A DNA stretch of 63,577 nucleotides, the filler included, from Phoronis australis (Eukaryota > Animalia > Phoronida), in the NCBI GenBank assembly GCA_002633005.1. It is 7 parts of 7 records of this genome, joined end to end, with 100 filler letters (N's around TTAATTAATTAA, not from the genome) between each part and the next. Parts side by side here need not be neighbours in the genome. Positions count along the whole stretch, not along the records: positions 18,641 to 26,850 come from NMRA01001334.1; positions 26,951 to 36,953 come from NMRA01000260.1; positions 37,054 to 55,617 come from NMRA01000262.1; 4 more parts are not named here. One strand, written 5' to 3'. The notes beneath the pieces were generated by a model. The model was not told the DNA's origin and searched no databases. It saw only the letters and a program-made list of their open reading frames with translations. Below are positions 26,308 to 39,080 of this stretch, piece by piece. How positions within the stretch are numbered: the first letter of the stretch is position 1; each line of letters begins with the position of its first letter. Made by a program: the position numbers and the translations under genes.

Positions 26308-26950
26308 GCTAGACCACAAGCCACTTAATCTTCTTTAGCTGGATCTGCTCACTTAGCTTCACAGGCAAACAATCCATGTTTTGTGACTACAAACATGCAT
26401 TTCTGAGCTCAGATAACTGAATTCATAGGTTCATGAACTGCAGTTCATAAGTGCGTACGTTGTGAAGTCTGGCTAGCCTTCCTTATCCAAGGATTGTTGA
26501 AGGCACATTCTGCAATAAAGACAACAAATTTTAATAACAGACGGGTAAAAGCTATCAGTAAAAGACAACTTAACTTGCTGGATATTTATCGTGCTGTTTA
26601 TACAACACTAATTTGTAAAACTTCCTGACTTATATACAGAGCCTAGAAAATAGTCTTCAAATTCAAAATTTAACCAATCACTCTCCAGGATTCAAGTGCA
26701 AGACTAGTCTGCAAGTTTACTTCAAGCATGCACTGCAGTGGGTCAGTTTTCCACATACTGTTTTGAATGAAGTTTTAATCCTGGATTCGCGACATTCAAA
26801 ACAATTTTATTCTATACAACTTGAATACAAAACATGCACATGGTCACCTANNNNNNNNNNNNNNNNNNNNNNNNNNNNNNNNNNNNNNNNNNNNTTAATT
26901 AATTAANNNNNNNNNNNNNNNNNNNNNNNNNNNNNNNNNNNNNNNNNNNN

Positions 26951-27538
26951 TCATTCCTAGGGCTTGCAGGGTACTACCGAAAGTTTGTGCCTGGCTATGC
27001 ACAGATAGCCACACCATTGACAGATTTACTGAAGAAGGGCCAACCAAAGAAAGTCGTGTGGACTGACATTCATGAACAGGCATTCAAGAAGTTAAAGCAA
27101 GTGCTCGGAAGCAGCCCGATCCTACGGGTGCCTGACTTCACTCAGAGATTCATCGTCAGAACAGACGCGTCAAACGATGGTTTAGGGGCAGTCTTACTGC
27201 AAGAGTTTGACGATGGGATATTCCCTATTGCATATGCCAGCCGGAAGCTTAAAGAAAGCGAGCGGCATTATTTTACAGAAGAGAAAGAGTATTTAGCAAT
27301 AGTGTTCGCTGTTAAACGTTTTCAGTTTTATCTCTACGGGACAGAATTCGTGGTGCAAACAGACCACAAACCACTGGTATATATTCAGCGTTGTAAGATT
27401 GAAAGTCCCAGGGTTATGCGATGGGCTATAGCGCTGCAGAATTATAAATTCCATGTGGAAGATATCCCTGGAAAATGTAACGTTGGTGCAGACTATTTAA
27501 GTCGACTAGCAGAGCTTGTAAGTCAGGGAGCACTTTAG
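26951..27538 (+). mobile_element. pol: Ty3/Gypsy pol 3' end: RT connection and RNase H, ending in a stop
   Basis: FLGLAGYYRKFVPGYAQIATPLTDLLKK...TDASNDGLGAVLLQ...AYASRKL...QTDHKPL...NVGADYLSR. The 5' part is lost in the gap. Confidence 0.95.
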
Positions 27539-27624
27539 CGGCCGATATAGTAGATTATATATATATGCCAGATGATTTTGTGTTAGAAAATTATAGAGTA
27601 ATTTTCTCTTTGGCAGGGGTGTGT

Positions 27625-28400
27625 TGTCAGAATATAGTCTGATATTATTATTAGTTGTATTGTTTTGTTTTGTTATTCAGTTTGATTTGCATGACCCCTG
27701 AGTTAAGTACAATGATGATGTAATTTGTTAACTACAGAATAGTATGGAACTTTCTAGAAGACTGAGGTCAGAACAGTGATGATGTAATTTGTTTACTACA
27801 GTATAGTGTGGAACTTTCTAGAAGTCTGTAGCATGACAGTGATTGATGAAGTCTGGAATATTCTAGAGACTAGTACATGTTTGTAGAATGGTTGGGTAGG
27901 TTCCAGAAAGTTCTGGTATGTGCTTGAATTGATGAAAAGTTCCAGAACAATGCATTAGGCTATAAAAACACAAGCACGGGTTTGTGTTAGTCATATTAAG
28001 CGAGCTGAGTTCAAGATAAGATCAAGTCGGGAGATCAAGTCAGATCAAGTAAGTTCAAGAAAGTTAATCAGGAGAACTACAGTTGAGTTGCAGTGAAGAG
28101 AATCAGCAGTTACAGCGATAGTCAATAGAGAGCCAGCTACAGAGACAGCAGGTTATTGAATCGAGTGTAACAGTTGCTGGAAGTATCTCAGAAGTTCAAT
28201 ACAAGTCAAGGCTTCGCAGCACTGGCTGGAGCATAAACAGACATTACGTCGGACGTTTTGTTTGAGTAGGCTTGTGAACGTACGGTCGGGATTAATAAAG
28301 GATTAACTCGAACCAGTCTTCAGTCAATCTTCGCACCGAAAGCTATTAGCACCGGTCTGTAACAACCTGCGCCCACCCACACACGGGGAAAAACGTGACA
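27625..28400 (+). mobile_element. 3' LTR of the Gypsy element (776 bp)
   Basis: TGTCA...TGACA inverted termini, preceded by a G-rich PPT-like tract (ggcaggggtgtg). TATAAAA at 27961 and AATAAA at 28294. Confidence 0.8.
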
Positions 28401-28639
28401 AACACAAAGACGGAGACCAGGTAAACTGACGACGTCAACATGTTTATCTTCAGGATCTGGTTGCCATGAACAAAATGGCTTTATTTTGTAATTCAATTGA
28501 GACCTTTACGGGTCAATCGATGGCTTACCAAATTTCAAACTAAGTTTTTGAAAGATCTTAGTGAACAGTATCCATTCTGTTTCATCAGAAAATTGTCGGG
28601 ACGCATTGTCTGCCAGGATATTTTGTTTGCCGGGCCAAA

Positions 28640-29220
28640 GGTACAGCTAGCCGGCTAGCTGTATGAAGACTGTCGTCAAAATGCAGCTTGGTACCATTGT
28701 GTATATTTCTTCCATAGACCCCGAAATTGCATGCAGCCAGGGTAGTTCTGCTCCTCAACGCGCCGTGAAACTTGTATCAAAATCCAAAGCTAAAGACCGG
28801 ACGGGGTGCATGCAAAATGTGGGAATCAACCGATACTCACCTCGCCCGTTACAGCTGTTTAAGTGAAAAACAATGCAATAAACGCCATTTTCTTGCGTAA
28901 TTCTCCGCCTTTTCTAACAATGAAAAGTATGTCGTCGTTTCGAAAACAATACGCTCGTGTCACGCGCACGCGCCATTTCCTAAATTTTCGCAACAACTTC
29001 GGAGAAGCAAAATTCGGTTTTTCGGTATCGGAATTCTAAAAATTATAATGAAGTGAAACCAGTTCCAATAATTTGTTGTGAATACGCAAGCTCGTGAAAG
29101 AACAGCAGTTGATTGAAGAATCGGCGAAAAAAGAAACCGGCCATTAGGTGACGCAATATTTCATGGCGTCGAAAGCCGTCGTTAAGGATCGCTCCACAAC
29201 TTTAGCAGCAAAATAACGGC
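28640..29220 (+). repeat. Interspersed repeat homologous to 40890-41450
   Basis: Colinear shared blocks: ccccgaaattgc, tagttctgctc, gtgaaactt, gcatgcaaaat, gtgaaaaacaat, tgaaaccagttc, gaagaatcgg, cagcaRaataac. Confidence 0.8.
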
Positions 29221-29394
29221 AGAACGCAATTTTTTCCAACACTGTTAAATAATTTCGTTTACTCACGGATAAGGCTGTAAATTTTAATGACACTAATTTT
29301 GTGTCAGGTTTTATTACCCACATCGGTAATAAGCTCTACATGTTTATATACAGCTTTGTACCAAGGCAAGGCCAAAGGCTGCTGACAACCAATA

Positions 29395-30140
29395 GCCGAT
29401 TAGATAAAGGTGGATTAAAGTTCAACCTGGTTTAAACTGGACTTAGACCAGGTTTAAGATAATCTGCATTTGATAAAGGTGGCTTAACTTGACCAGTGTT
29501 CTAGTAATACCTGGTTTAACTGCAGTTTAGACCTGGTCTAAGTCAGTCTGTATTTCACCAACTAGGTCTACAGTAAATTCTTTAGACCTGTATTAAGATT
29601 TTAAATCAGGTTTAACTATAGATTTGATCAGACCCATGTTTTACTGTTACATAAGACAGACTTGTATGATATAGGTGCAACTGAATAACGCCGCGGTGTG
29701 CAATTACGACGCGGCTTTAGAGCGAAAATGGACTAATTTCAATATTCAGTAGCAGGGTCGGATCCACGATTTTTAAGGGGGGAGGGTCGGTCAAGGACTT
29801 TTTAAAGGGGGGACCAAGTCAACATTTTGAAATTTATAGATTTGATACCACTAACATCAAGGGAAAAGGGGTTCCAGACCCCTTGACCTCATTGGATCCT
29901 CCTATGTGTAGACCAGTACGTGCTGGATGATGTCCTGCGGATTCCTCAAAATACAACTGGTCGAGCAGGGCGTCGTCGTAGTAATCGCAACGAATTTGAC
30001 TGCATCCTCTTACGCTTCTGAGTTCCAGCTTCATCGGTGTCCGATTTAATGTTTCCGGGAAAGGGTACTGACCCTCAGTTTAGTCACTAAAATGACACGG
30101 ATTTGACTTTGGACATTTACCATGCTGCTCTAATCGTGAG
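29395..30140 (+). mobile_element. Decayed PIF/Harbinger-like element end with a transposase N-terminal remnant, interrupted by a small MITE (about 29752-29905)
   Basis: Subterminal palindromic repeats (cttagaccagg/cctggtctaag, cctggtttaa). Fragmentary SYASEFQL / IGVRFNVS / LVTKMT resembles the HARBI1-type HTH region. The nested insert has cagggtcggatcc...ggatcctcctatg ends. Confidence 0.4.
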
Positions 30141-30597
30141 TTAGTGTTCTGCCGGTCTGTCAAAACTGGAATGTTGGAAAGTCATGACCTTTAGATAACC
30201 GATAAGTTACTAGTCAAGGTATTGCAAGATCCTTCTTGAAAAGTACTTTGGCTTACCAAAACAAGAGCAACGCGGAGCGTTGAAATGCGCCCACGAATGC
30301 ACCCCTAACGGAGTGCTTCTTGGATTGTTTATTTGTTATATAATAATAGCCACCAGTGGGCGAAAAAACTCCAATCCATCTGAAAATTTGGGACATGCCA
30401 TCGCTTCTTTAATAGAAAGCTATGTACTAAATTTCATAAAAATCTTCCAAGGAACCCCTTAGAAAAAAAGGAAAACAAAAGTTAATGAAATGGGGCTATT
30501 CGGAAAATTTACAATTACTAGAGGGCGCGTGTGTGCTAGTGGTGATAGATTAAGCAGCCTCGATTATACGAGCACTTAAAATACATGATGAAATGGC

Positions 30598-30678
30598 TTG
30601 CAACCGTGCCAACTGAATCTGAGTTTGCGTGAAAAGGGTGCTTCTATGAGAGGAAGTAAGCACGACCTTATAAAAAAG
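30598..30678 (+). pseudogene. SAP-domain exon remnant
   Basis: TVP(frameshift)LNLSLREKGASMRGSKHDLIKK followed by a gtaagg donor. Fits the SAP pattern LKxELxxRGxxxxGxKxxLIxR. Confidence 0.55.
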
Positions 30679-32252
30679 GTAAGGTTTGTGATTATTTTAA
30701 CGATTAATTCCATGTTTATTATATTGATGCCTGTTAACTGAGGTACTCGCCGATGTCGATTTCGCGGCAGTCACCAGTCGGTTTAATCTTTGTTTGTTGT
30801 GATGTGTGTTAAGATTCTTGACGTAGCACTCGGGATCTTTTCGTACATCAAAGCATTATTATTGTTTGGAATGACTTCTAACAGGTTTATCAGTGACAGC
30901 TACATCAATCTGTGCTGAATGTTTATGCTGTCAACTCCATATTGGTTAGTGAGTTAAGATTACAATCCAAGCCATATGGCAAAAGGAACGTGACAAATAT
31001 CCATTGCATTAGACTATTTGTTCACTCATCATCGTCGTAAGCGCTACGCATATGACTAAAAGACGCTTAATGATTATTCTGACCGGGTTTCATCTCAATT
31101 GGTCCCCGATTTAATGTTGTCGGGCGGGGGTCCTGCCCCAGTGGTGGATTTGGAGGGAGCATGCCTCCCTTAAAATTCTCCTAGTTGCATGTGGCATTTC
31201 GGGGTGCTAATGTGTGACGGGCAAAAATACCTGGCTAACACTCTACCATGGCCACCCTACCTCATCATCCTGGATCAACACCTGTCCCCCACCACCCTTG
31301 GCCGCAAAAAAGTAAAATGGCGCGGCAGTAATGGGGCTTTTCGGAGATCTTTCGTGGTGTCGCTGCTGTACTAGTGTTGATTGAATTGCGCATGCATCAC
31401 TGTCTTCATGTAAACAGCTAGTAAAAAGACGGATTGTTATCAAAATGTGTCGTCGCGCTAAGCCTTATATTAGTATTTTCCACTGGGCCAAATCTTCGAC
31501 AGGTGGCCACAAATTCCTAAAAGACCTAAGGTTACTACATTCGTGAAGAATTGCGGTTAAAAGTGTCAACCAACTGACAAAAAGTGTGTGGATGCCGAAG
31601 CCCCTTTGGGAGACTACATAACGTTACTCGGTAAGTTTAAGCAACCAAGTTTCTATCGACCTCATTCGGTTATGTTATCCCGACCAGTTACACCGCTGCG
31701 CTGAATAACGGGTTTATTGAATGAAACTAAGTGTTTCTTTCAGGAAACTCACCCAGGACTTGGATGCCGGGTAGGCTAGCAGCACATATTCACAAACTGT
31801 CCTGTATGATGCGTGACGCCCAGAAGTCAAGGGTGACTTTTTCACAGCAATTTCTCTTCAAAGCTATCCTATGTCCAATAAAATTCTTTGGATGAGTGAG
31901 TTTCCTTATTTTATAGCGGATCCTACACCCAGGACTACCAGATTAGCTACCGAAATAACATGAATAAGCTATTCAGTAAACGTCGTAACATTGCATTGGA
32001 ATAAACATTGACTCCTAGAATGAATTTTACTTGATTATGTCAAAAGCACATTTTTGGTCCCGTGACAAATATAAATTGTTAAATCACTTTTAGCCTGTTT
32101 CACCATAGACTATAGTACATGGACCGCCTACTCCGTATACTTTCAATGGACGAAATCTGTGATCTTACGAATAAGCCATTACGTCATTATTCACAGGCGA
32201 CACCTGGCTAAATTTCTGGTGCAATTTCCGGCAAGTACGTCGTCTGCTAATC

Positions 32253-32457
32253 ATGGTCGGCTGTTGTGTGGCCGGTTGTTCGGCCACATAGGCGAAATGC
32301 TGAGGAATTAGCTCCCACACCACCCGAAGACCACACAATCGGCTGTGGGAAGAAAAGCTTATTTATTTTGTCAACGTGAATGGCAATTGTTTCAGCAATA
32401 AGACATTATACATTTGTTCAAGGCACTTTGAACTTGACCGTTTTTTAAGAGGCTCTG
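32253..32457 (+). pseudogene. THAP-domain remnant (DNA transposon derived)
   Basis: MVGCCVAGCS...GISSH...RLW...YICSRHFELDRF in one frame with two stops; C2CH THAP signature. Confidence 0.75.
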
Positions 32458-35400
32458 GTAGGCCTATAGGCAATGACCATAGCCTCTGTTGGCCCGACCA
32501 GAGGCGATGCAGCTCCTGCAAGAGCTCCAGACGCCGGAAGCTTTTCGGGATATTATGCCTTGCACCGACTAAAACATCAAAGTCACGTTGTTATAAATAC
32601 CTTTTGCGCATAGAGGAACACCTTTGGAGGTTGTCGATGTATTTAATTCCTCCCAACTCGAGCAAATACTTTCGTTATCAAACTTTTTCTTCGAGCAGTC
32701 CATACATGTATTTCAGTTTCCAAAATCGTGAACTCACCATTTTTATACTGAGCACGCTCCAATTTTTACTGCACTTGCTAGGTGATCTGACTTCATGAAC
32801 TAAATCTTTAGATATTCCAAAGGTGAGCCATTGCGGACCAAATGCTCGTTTCCAAAATGCCAATACTACCTTTCTTTAATTGGCGTTTCTTGAAACTGAT
32901 TGTATTTCAATGAATTATTGTTGTATTTGATAAAAAATGCTGTTGGCATGACAGTTAATAGTCTTTGTGCACATATTTGACATTTTAATATTTAACAACA
33001 CGCCAAATGCACGGCTGGTTCCCTCAGCTTGATTTAGCTGTATAATAATAAACCATAAAAATGGTTCCAAGTGATCAGTGCAATGGGCTCACATGCGCTG
33101 CCTGCACACGTCTGGTTAAACGTGTATCATGCAGCTCCTGATTTAAACAAAGGTCTCGTTTTTTAATTTCGGTCCGGTATAAATAACGCCCCAGACCTGG
33201 AAATCCAGCGGAACACTTCTACCTTAAAAATCTGACAATCCCTAGTGTCAGAAAATTTGAGCACCCGGCAAAAGATACTAATGGTGAAATTCCGGTGATG
33301 ATAATCACCCACTTTGTATAATTACTTCACCTACAGTACAAAATTTGAAATAGTTGGTAAAATGAAGCCCATTTGAGTAAGCACCATGTGGGTCCCAATG
33401 AAAACTCAATATATGATAGAATCCAACAAGCTCAAGTTGCAGTCAAATCAGGATGGGCATAAATAAGAAAAATTACTGTATCAACAGATTGGTAAAATAA
33501 GAACAAGATACAATAAAATGTTGCTACAGTGCACACGTGCACGATACTTGGGTCTATTATTTTCCCGCCGTAAATGTATAAACCAATCAAATCACCAATG
33601 GCGCAAAGTTTTCGAAAACAGCTCGATTCTTAGGGAGTTCTGTTACAGCTCTATTTATTTTCAAAAACTTTAATGTGTTGCAATTAATTTATTTTCTGTT
33701 CAACTCAATGAAGCCACTTAATATGAATGCATTCAACACAATTAATGCATTGTAAAAAACAAAAGTTATGCTCTATCAACGTTAGACAAAACCAATACAC
33801 CCCTTTCTTAAAAACTGGGTTAAAAGTTAGAAAAAAGGACACAAGTTTCCATCACTTGTAACGACGATTTTCGACATTGATGTTGGGGAGGAACATCAGT
33901 CTGGCGACTGCAACACGGAATCGTATGAAGGCGATGCTTTTCAAAATTTGATTCGTATTTGTTGTATGTCTTTTTTCCCTACGGTTCAGGGTTACTTCTG
34001 AATCCAGGAAGAAGAACTGAAAGAGGCAGTTCGTGATAACGTTGGAGAACGGTAACATTTATATAAGGTGTTACAACTGTCATCCATAATGTCATCTCCT
34101 CTGTTTTCATCCAACCTTCCTGATGGCTGGAAACTTGAATGAAGAGTTCCATCAGTAATTGAGTGAGCACGGTATTCTGTGTGATTTATGTTGATTTAAT
34201 CAACCGTTCTTTTAAGAACCATTTCACGCTATACCTAAGGCTCATGCACAATATAACTAACGGCCCTTTTAATGGCCTTTCAACACTTCCCAGATGCGCA
34301 TTTTTAATATGAACAAAATTAATATTTTTCTAAACCAAAAACGTTATATAAGTATCTTTTGCATTCATTGGTACTCCTTGGAATTTGTGCACAATCGTGC
34401 TTTCGTAGTTTTCTCAGTAGGCCTACGTGAACCATAAATCACAAACTGTCCGATAACTATGCTGCTATTGGGCAAGCAGACGACATAATCAGTTGGCACA
34501 GAAGTTTGAATTTTGTAATTAATTATCAGTGGCATTGTCAAAAGTACTCGCGATACCAACACTTCTACTACTGAAAAACTTTGAGCAGCGTTTCAATGCC
34601 GAAATTAATGTTTTTTCGTTGTACTGGACAGTAAAGTAGATTGCTCGTCAAAATACACTAACCGGAAACTGCATCAGAAAATTTAGGAGAGTGGCGGCGC
34701 CTCTTGGCTAGCACGGAAGAAAATGTCGGAGTTGCGAATCTGTTGTCTATAATGTATGTTTTCACATACTTTAATTCAGATCTTAAATAAGACTTGGGTA
34801 CATAGATTATTAGTTTCTACATATAAACATGAAGATGAAACGTCAAGTATGGTATGCCTTACTAAAGTAGTTTTGTCTTATGTTTTGTTTGAAAATTTGC
34901 TAATGTTTCTCTGACTATTCTGTTACAGGTGAGAGAAAGCGACTGAAACCAGCCGCCTGAGCGTCTGTTTTACCTTTGAACAAAGTGAAAAGCAATCCTT
35001 CAGCAACAACCTGACAGAATTAGACCTAATTCAGAAATTCAGCCCTTGATATGCCTGATTATGAACTCCCTTACATGGGAAAGTTACAATATTGTTTTAA
35101 CAATGTTGTTTCTTTGTATGTATGTGATTGTTCAGTTTGGCTTTTGTTTTTTAAATACAAAACTTAAAATTGTTCAAATACTTTCTTAAGAAAGCTCTAA
35201 AAATAATTACACACACAAACAAATCAAATGCAAACAAAGGGAATACTTCATTTTGATCGCTGCACATTTCTAGAGGTCAACAGGAAAATGACAATTCGCA
35301 AGTGTTATCTTTAATCATTTCAGCTTGATAAAGAATACGCACAACTGCCCTGTATGGGGCTTTAAAACTGAGGAAATATTGTGGTTTCAATATTTAGTGA

Positions 35401-35659
35401 CAAACTTGGCTGTTGATGAAAAATTTATTCGATCATCAAAGTGTAACACTAACGAGCTTTCTACTTACAATAAGACAACCAATTCAATACAGTCACTGAA
35501 TTTCATTTCCCCATAATATGTACCAAATTGAAAAATGTTTACTATTACTATCGAGCCTTTCGTCTGAAATGAAAAGATAATGTCACTCGGGGAGAAAGCA
35601 CACGTATTTACAGGTATACCAGATGCTTTTGGTTTTCATTTCACAGGGATCTGGTTTCA

Positions 35660-36091
35660 ATGGCCTAAAGAAGCGCTTGTAAAGAATGTCCAGTTTCGGC
35701 TCCTGGCTTTCCTTCATGTAACCTCATTCTGTCTCAATTACATCCACAATTAGATCCTTGAAGGTAAATAAAACAGTGTATCACTTGACTCGTTTTGTGC
35801 CCAAAATCTGACTCTGCACTAGACCAGAGTGTCACTAGGTCTTCTTTAGCTTCAATCCCTCATGTATCTTCCAGGAAAGGAATGAGCTATTGTCCACACA
35901 TGACTTATTGCCCATGAAAGGGCATCCTCACCAATGAGGCTGACTTGTGGAGCAGTCAGATATAGTTCTTCTTCACACACAAAGAATCCACTGGCACATT
36001 GTCTTATGGTAACTTCGTACTGCGATTCACATTTCTTCAGGGCCAATGTCTTGTGCTTCGTGCCCTGCAGCACCGCTGGTGTGTGGAAATG
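35660..36091 (-). pseudogene. YqaJ/lambda-exonuclease-like gene remnant (transposon accessory nuclease)
   Basis: Acceptor ctttctcttcccacag|, then HTPAVLQGTKHKTLALKK...GFFVCEEELYLTAP...IPFLED...GLKLKK...VQSQI...LFTFKDLIVDVIE...KLDILYKRFFRP. The catalytic SPDG/EVK motifs have decayed. Confidence 0.65.
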
Positions 36092-37053
36092 CTGTGGGAA
36101 GAGAAAGGAGTAACAAAGCCTGTCTATGTTGCGGATTGAATTGACCGTAAAATGTCGCTGAGCCTGGAACACATATTGAATTATGTATAAATATGTACTT
36201 CAGGTTGAGTCAGAACTGCTACCCCTGTTTTTCAAAAATATGATATGGTGATTGCTCTACAATTTCACACAAACTTAAATAATTACTATTTTCAGGAAGT
36301 AAGGGTGTATACAATAAGTAACTGTATAAAACTGCGCCATTATGTTTCATTCGTAGCCGTAAACAATTCTTTAAACGCCTCCATTGTATGCAAAATAGGC
36401 AAGTTATTTGAGACAACTTACAACCTTTGTTACCCATTTTCACGCCTTCTTATTTTTGATACTTTCAGCAATTTTAAATTCAGATCACAGATTCATGGGT
36501 CAGTCAAGCGTGTAATAGATTTCCGGGAGACAAAGGATAGGGAGTAAAAAATAGCCTAATGGATTGTAATCTTAACTCACTAACCAATATCGAGTTAAGA
36601 GACAGTCCATATAAAAACCAGTAGATTTTCAAAAATCAGTCTATACGTCAAAATTTAAAACAACTTCATTTTTTGTACATGGGTAGGTATCCTAACATAA
36701 ACCCAAATGCCAAATTTTGTGCACTCAATGACCCCTAATTTCGCCGCTGGAGCATGATAACACAATTTGGCACAATTGGGCATATTAGCTGTCTCAAAAA
36801 TCGCAAGTTTTCAGCAACAAAAATGAGTAACATACAAAATAGATCAAAAGCTATATTTTGGTGGCTGAAATAACCAACGTATATTGTACATAATTCTGTG
36901 CCATTTATTAAAATCTGACAGTTTTGTGCTAGACAGGGGAGATAATCCACAGANNNNNNNNNNNNNNNNNNNNNNNNNNNNNNNNNNNNNNNNNNNNTTA
37001 ATTAATTAANNNNNNNNNNNNNNNNNNNNNNNNNNNNNNNNNNNNNNNNNNNN

Positions 37054-37221
37054 CATTACCTGCTCCACCCTCGTGCCCATTACCTGCTCCACCCCCGTGC
37101 CCATTACCTGCTCCACCCCCGTGCCCATTACCTGCTCCACCCCCGTGCCCATTACCTCATCCACCCTCGTGCCCATTACCTGCTCCACCCTCGTGCCCAT
37201 TACCTGCTCCACCCTCGTGCC
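37054..37221. repeat. 24-bp minisatellite, about 7 copies, truncated by a gap
   Basis: Unit cattacctgctccacccYcgtgcc. Confidence 0.95.
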
Positions 37222-38169
37222 AAATCCCCCACCACTTGGTCAGCCCTAATCCTCCCCTACCTTCTTATCCTATGTTTCGGACAACATTGGTCCCATAATT
37301 TAAACAGTGTGAGCCTTGAGTTCTGTGTGTAAGTTTCAATACAAAGTTATGGGCAGAACTACCTGTGCTCTGTGTTAAATTTCGAGATGAATTCCTCGCT
37401 CTATTTTAACTCAAAGCTAGCTGCCTGGCAATATGCCGAGATGTCATCATTTATTGACAGAAATAGAGGCTGGTGTTTTGGCTTACCATTTGTGTCTGTA
37501 TTTTGTGTTTGGGTTTCAAATGATGGAATTACCATATTTACCCTAATAAGCACCTAAGGCGCTTAGAAAAAATCGTTTTGTGAGGGGGCACTTATTGTAG
37601 CCTAATGTGGTCCAAACCCAGTCGCCGAAACGGGTAAAATCAGAAGCTAGGCTTCATCCAATTTACGCTCTGCAACTTATCTGTGACCTGTGACAGACTT
37701 TCCACAAAATTGTGGTGCATTGCTATCTAACTTTGTTATTAAAATATGATCATGTATCTGAAAATTGCGAAAATCCAAGGGCGAAAACTGGCCGGCTAAT
37801 GCATCGCTGCCTGGCGATCGTCAATAGGGCAACTTGAATTCTTGAATAAAAATACACTTTTGACTCTACAAATTAACTGAAATCCTTAAAATTGCGTCCC
37901 TAATTCTGTCAGTTTAAGCCTTAGTTGTGCTTGGTTTCCCCCTGGATTTTTACTTAAACTCTTAGACTATATATTGATGAAATTTGTAAACTTTTTGAAA
38001 CTAAGCTTTTGTCATAAAATTAGCCAATACATACCAGTCTTTTCTGTCCAAGTTTGACTTACATTATTTAATACTAAGTCTAGGTTTTAGAGAAAAATTT
38101 ACAGTCATGCTGTGTTGTTGAATATGGCTTTATATTGGGTTCTTAATGAATGCCTTTGTGTCCTTGTAG

Positions 38170-38308
38170 ATTTCAAATATGAACAATACTAGTGAGCTAT
38201 CTGATCCACTCAACAACGAGGCTCGGAAGGAGAAAAAAAGTTTTCTTTCAAATTCTGAAATTTCTCGCTACAGTAGGCAGCTCATACTACCAGAAATAGG
38301 AGTTAAAG
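38170..38308 (+). CDS. MOCS3: MOCS3/UBA4 adenylyltransferase-sulfurtransferase, first visible coding exon
   Basis: ttgtag| ISNMNNTS...LSNSEISRYSRQLILPEIGVK G|gtttgt. The RYSRQL motif is typical of MoeB/UBA4. Confidence 0.92.
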
Positions 38309-38557
38309 GTTTGTTATCTGAATGTGTCTTGAACACGTTTTTCTCAAAAACTGATTTTGTTCTTGTCTCAGCTTTTTCCTTGTTCAGAGTGTGGTAGGAT
38401 AAACTGACTGTTTGCTATGCTTGAGACCAGGTTTGATATGTTGGGGGGTTTAACCATTCGATAGACTTGGAGATCTGGAACTTATTTTTTGAATTCTGAG
38501 TGGTTTCCCAGCCTTAACATTCTGTTTAGTGGTCAATAAGTTCACGACGAGGTTATG

Positions 38558-39080
38558 TTAACCCTTATCCTGCACTAGGCGAGGTCAGCCGACATGCCTA
38601 TTAACTGCGTCGGGTGTACTCAATCACCAATAATAAGCTACGGCTGGGCTGCGCAAGGAGAGTGAAAGCCCCGTATGCTGTTTATATATGTGAGCATGCG
38701 CATTCCACAGTTCATAGTTTCCTGTACATTTTTCTGATTTACAACATATGGCTGTGGTTTCCGAGATATTTGAAAGTTTACGCAAGTTTTATCTTGGCTG
38801 GTGCCAAACGTGGTAAGGTTTCTTGAGGAAGTGTGCATGAATTCATTTAGTGAAAACGAGCTGGAATTGGCACTCGAAAATGATGGTGACAGTTACGGGG
38901 AAAGTAATGCAGATTCTATCGATTCGGATCTCAGTGCAAATTTGGAGGAGTTACCGGTCCCTGAACCTGAATTTGGAGGGGCCTACAACGATGCTTGGCT
39001 GAGGCCCTTCAAGCATAATACAGGACCTCTGAAACATGGTGGAACTCATTCAGAACTCGATATTTTTGTGACTTTTTTCC
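38558..39080 (+). mobile_element. 5' fragment of a piggyBac transposon inside a MOCS3 intron
   Basis: TTAA|CCCTT terminus, then an acidic low-complexity N-terminus followed by WLRPFKHNTGP...SELDIFVTFF, typical of piggyBac/PGBD4-type transposases. Truncated at a HINE-like repeat. Confidence 0.65.

Noticed and set aside
33979-34170. QEGWMKTEEMTLWM resembling the pogo/Tigger DDE GWM motif
   Set aside because: A single short motif with no supporting catalytic blocks; too weak to call.
37006-37212. ORF of VEQVMGTG repeats
   Set aside because: Product of a 24-bp minisatellite; no splice or homology support.
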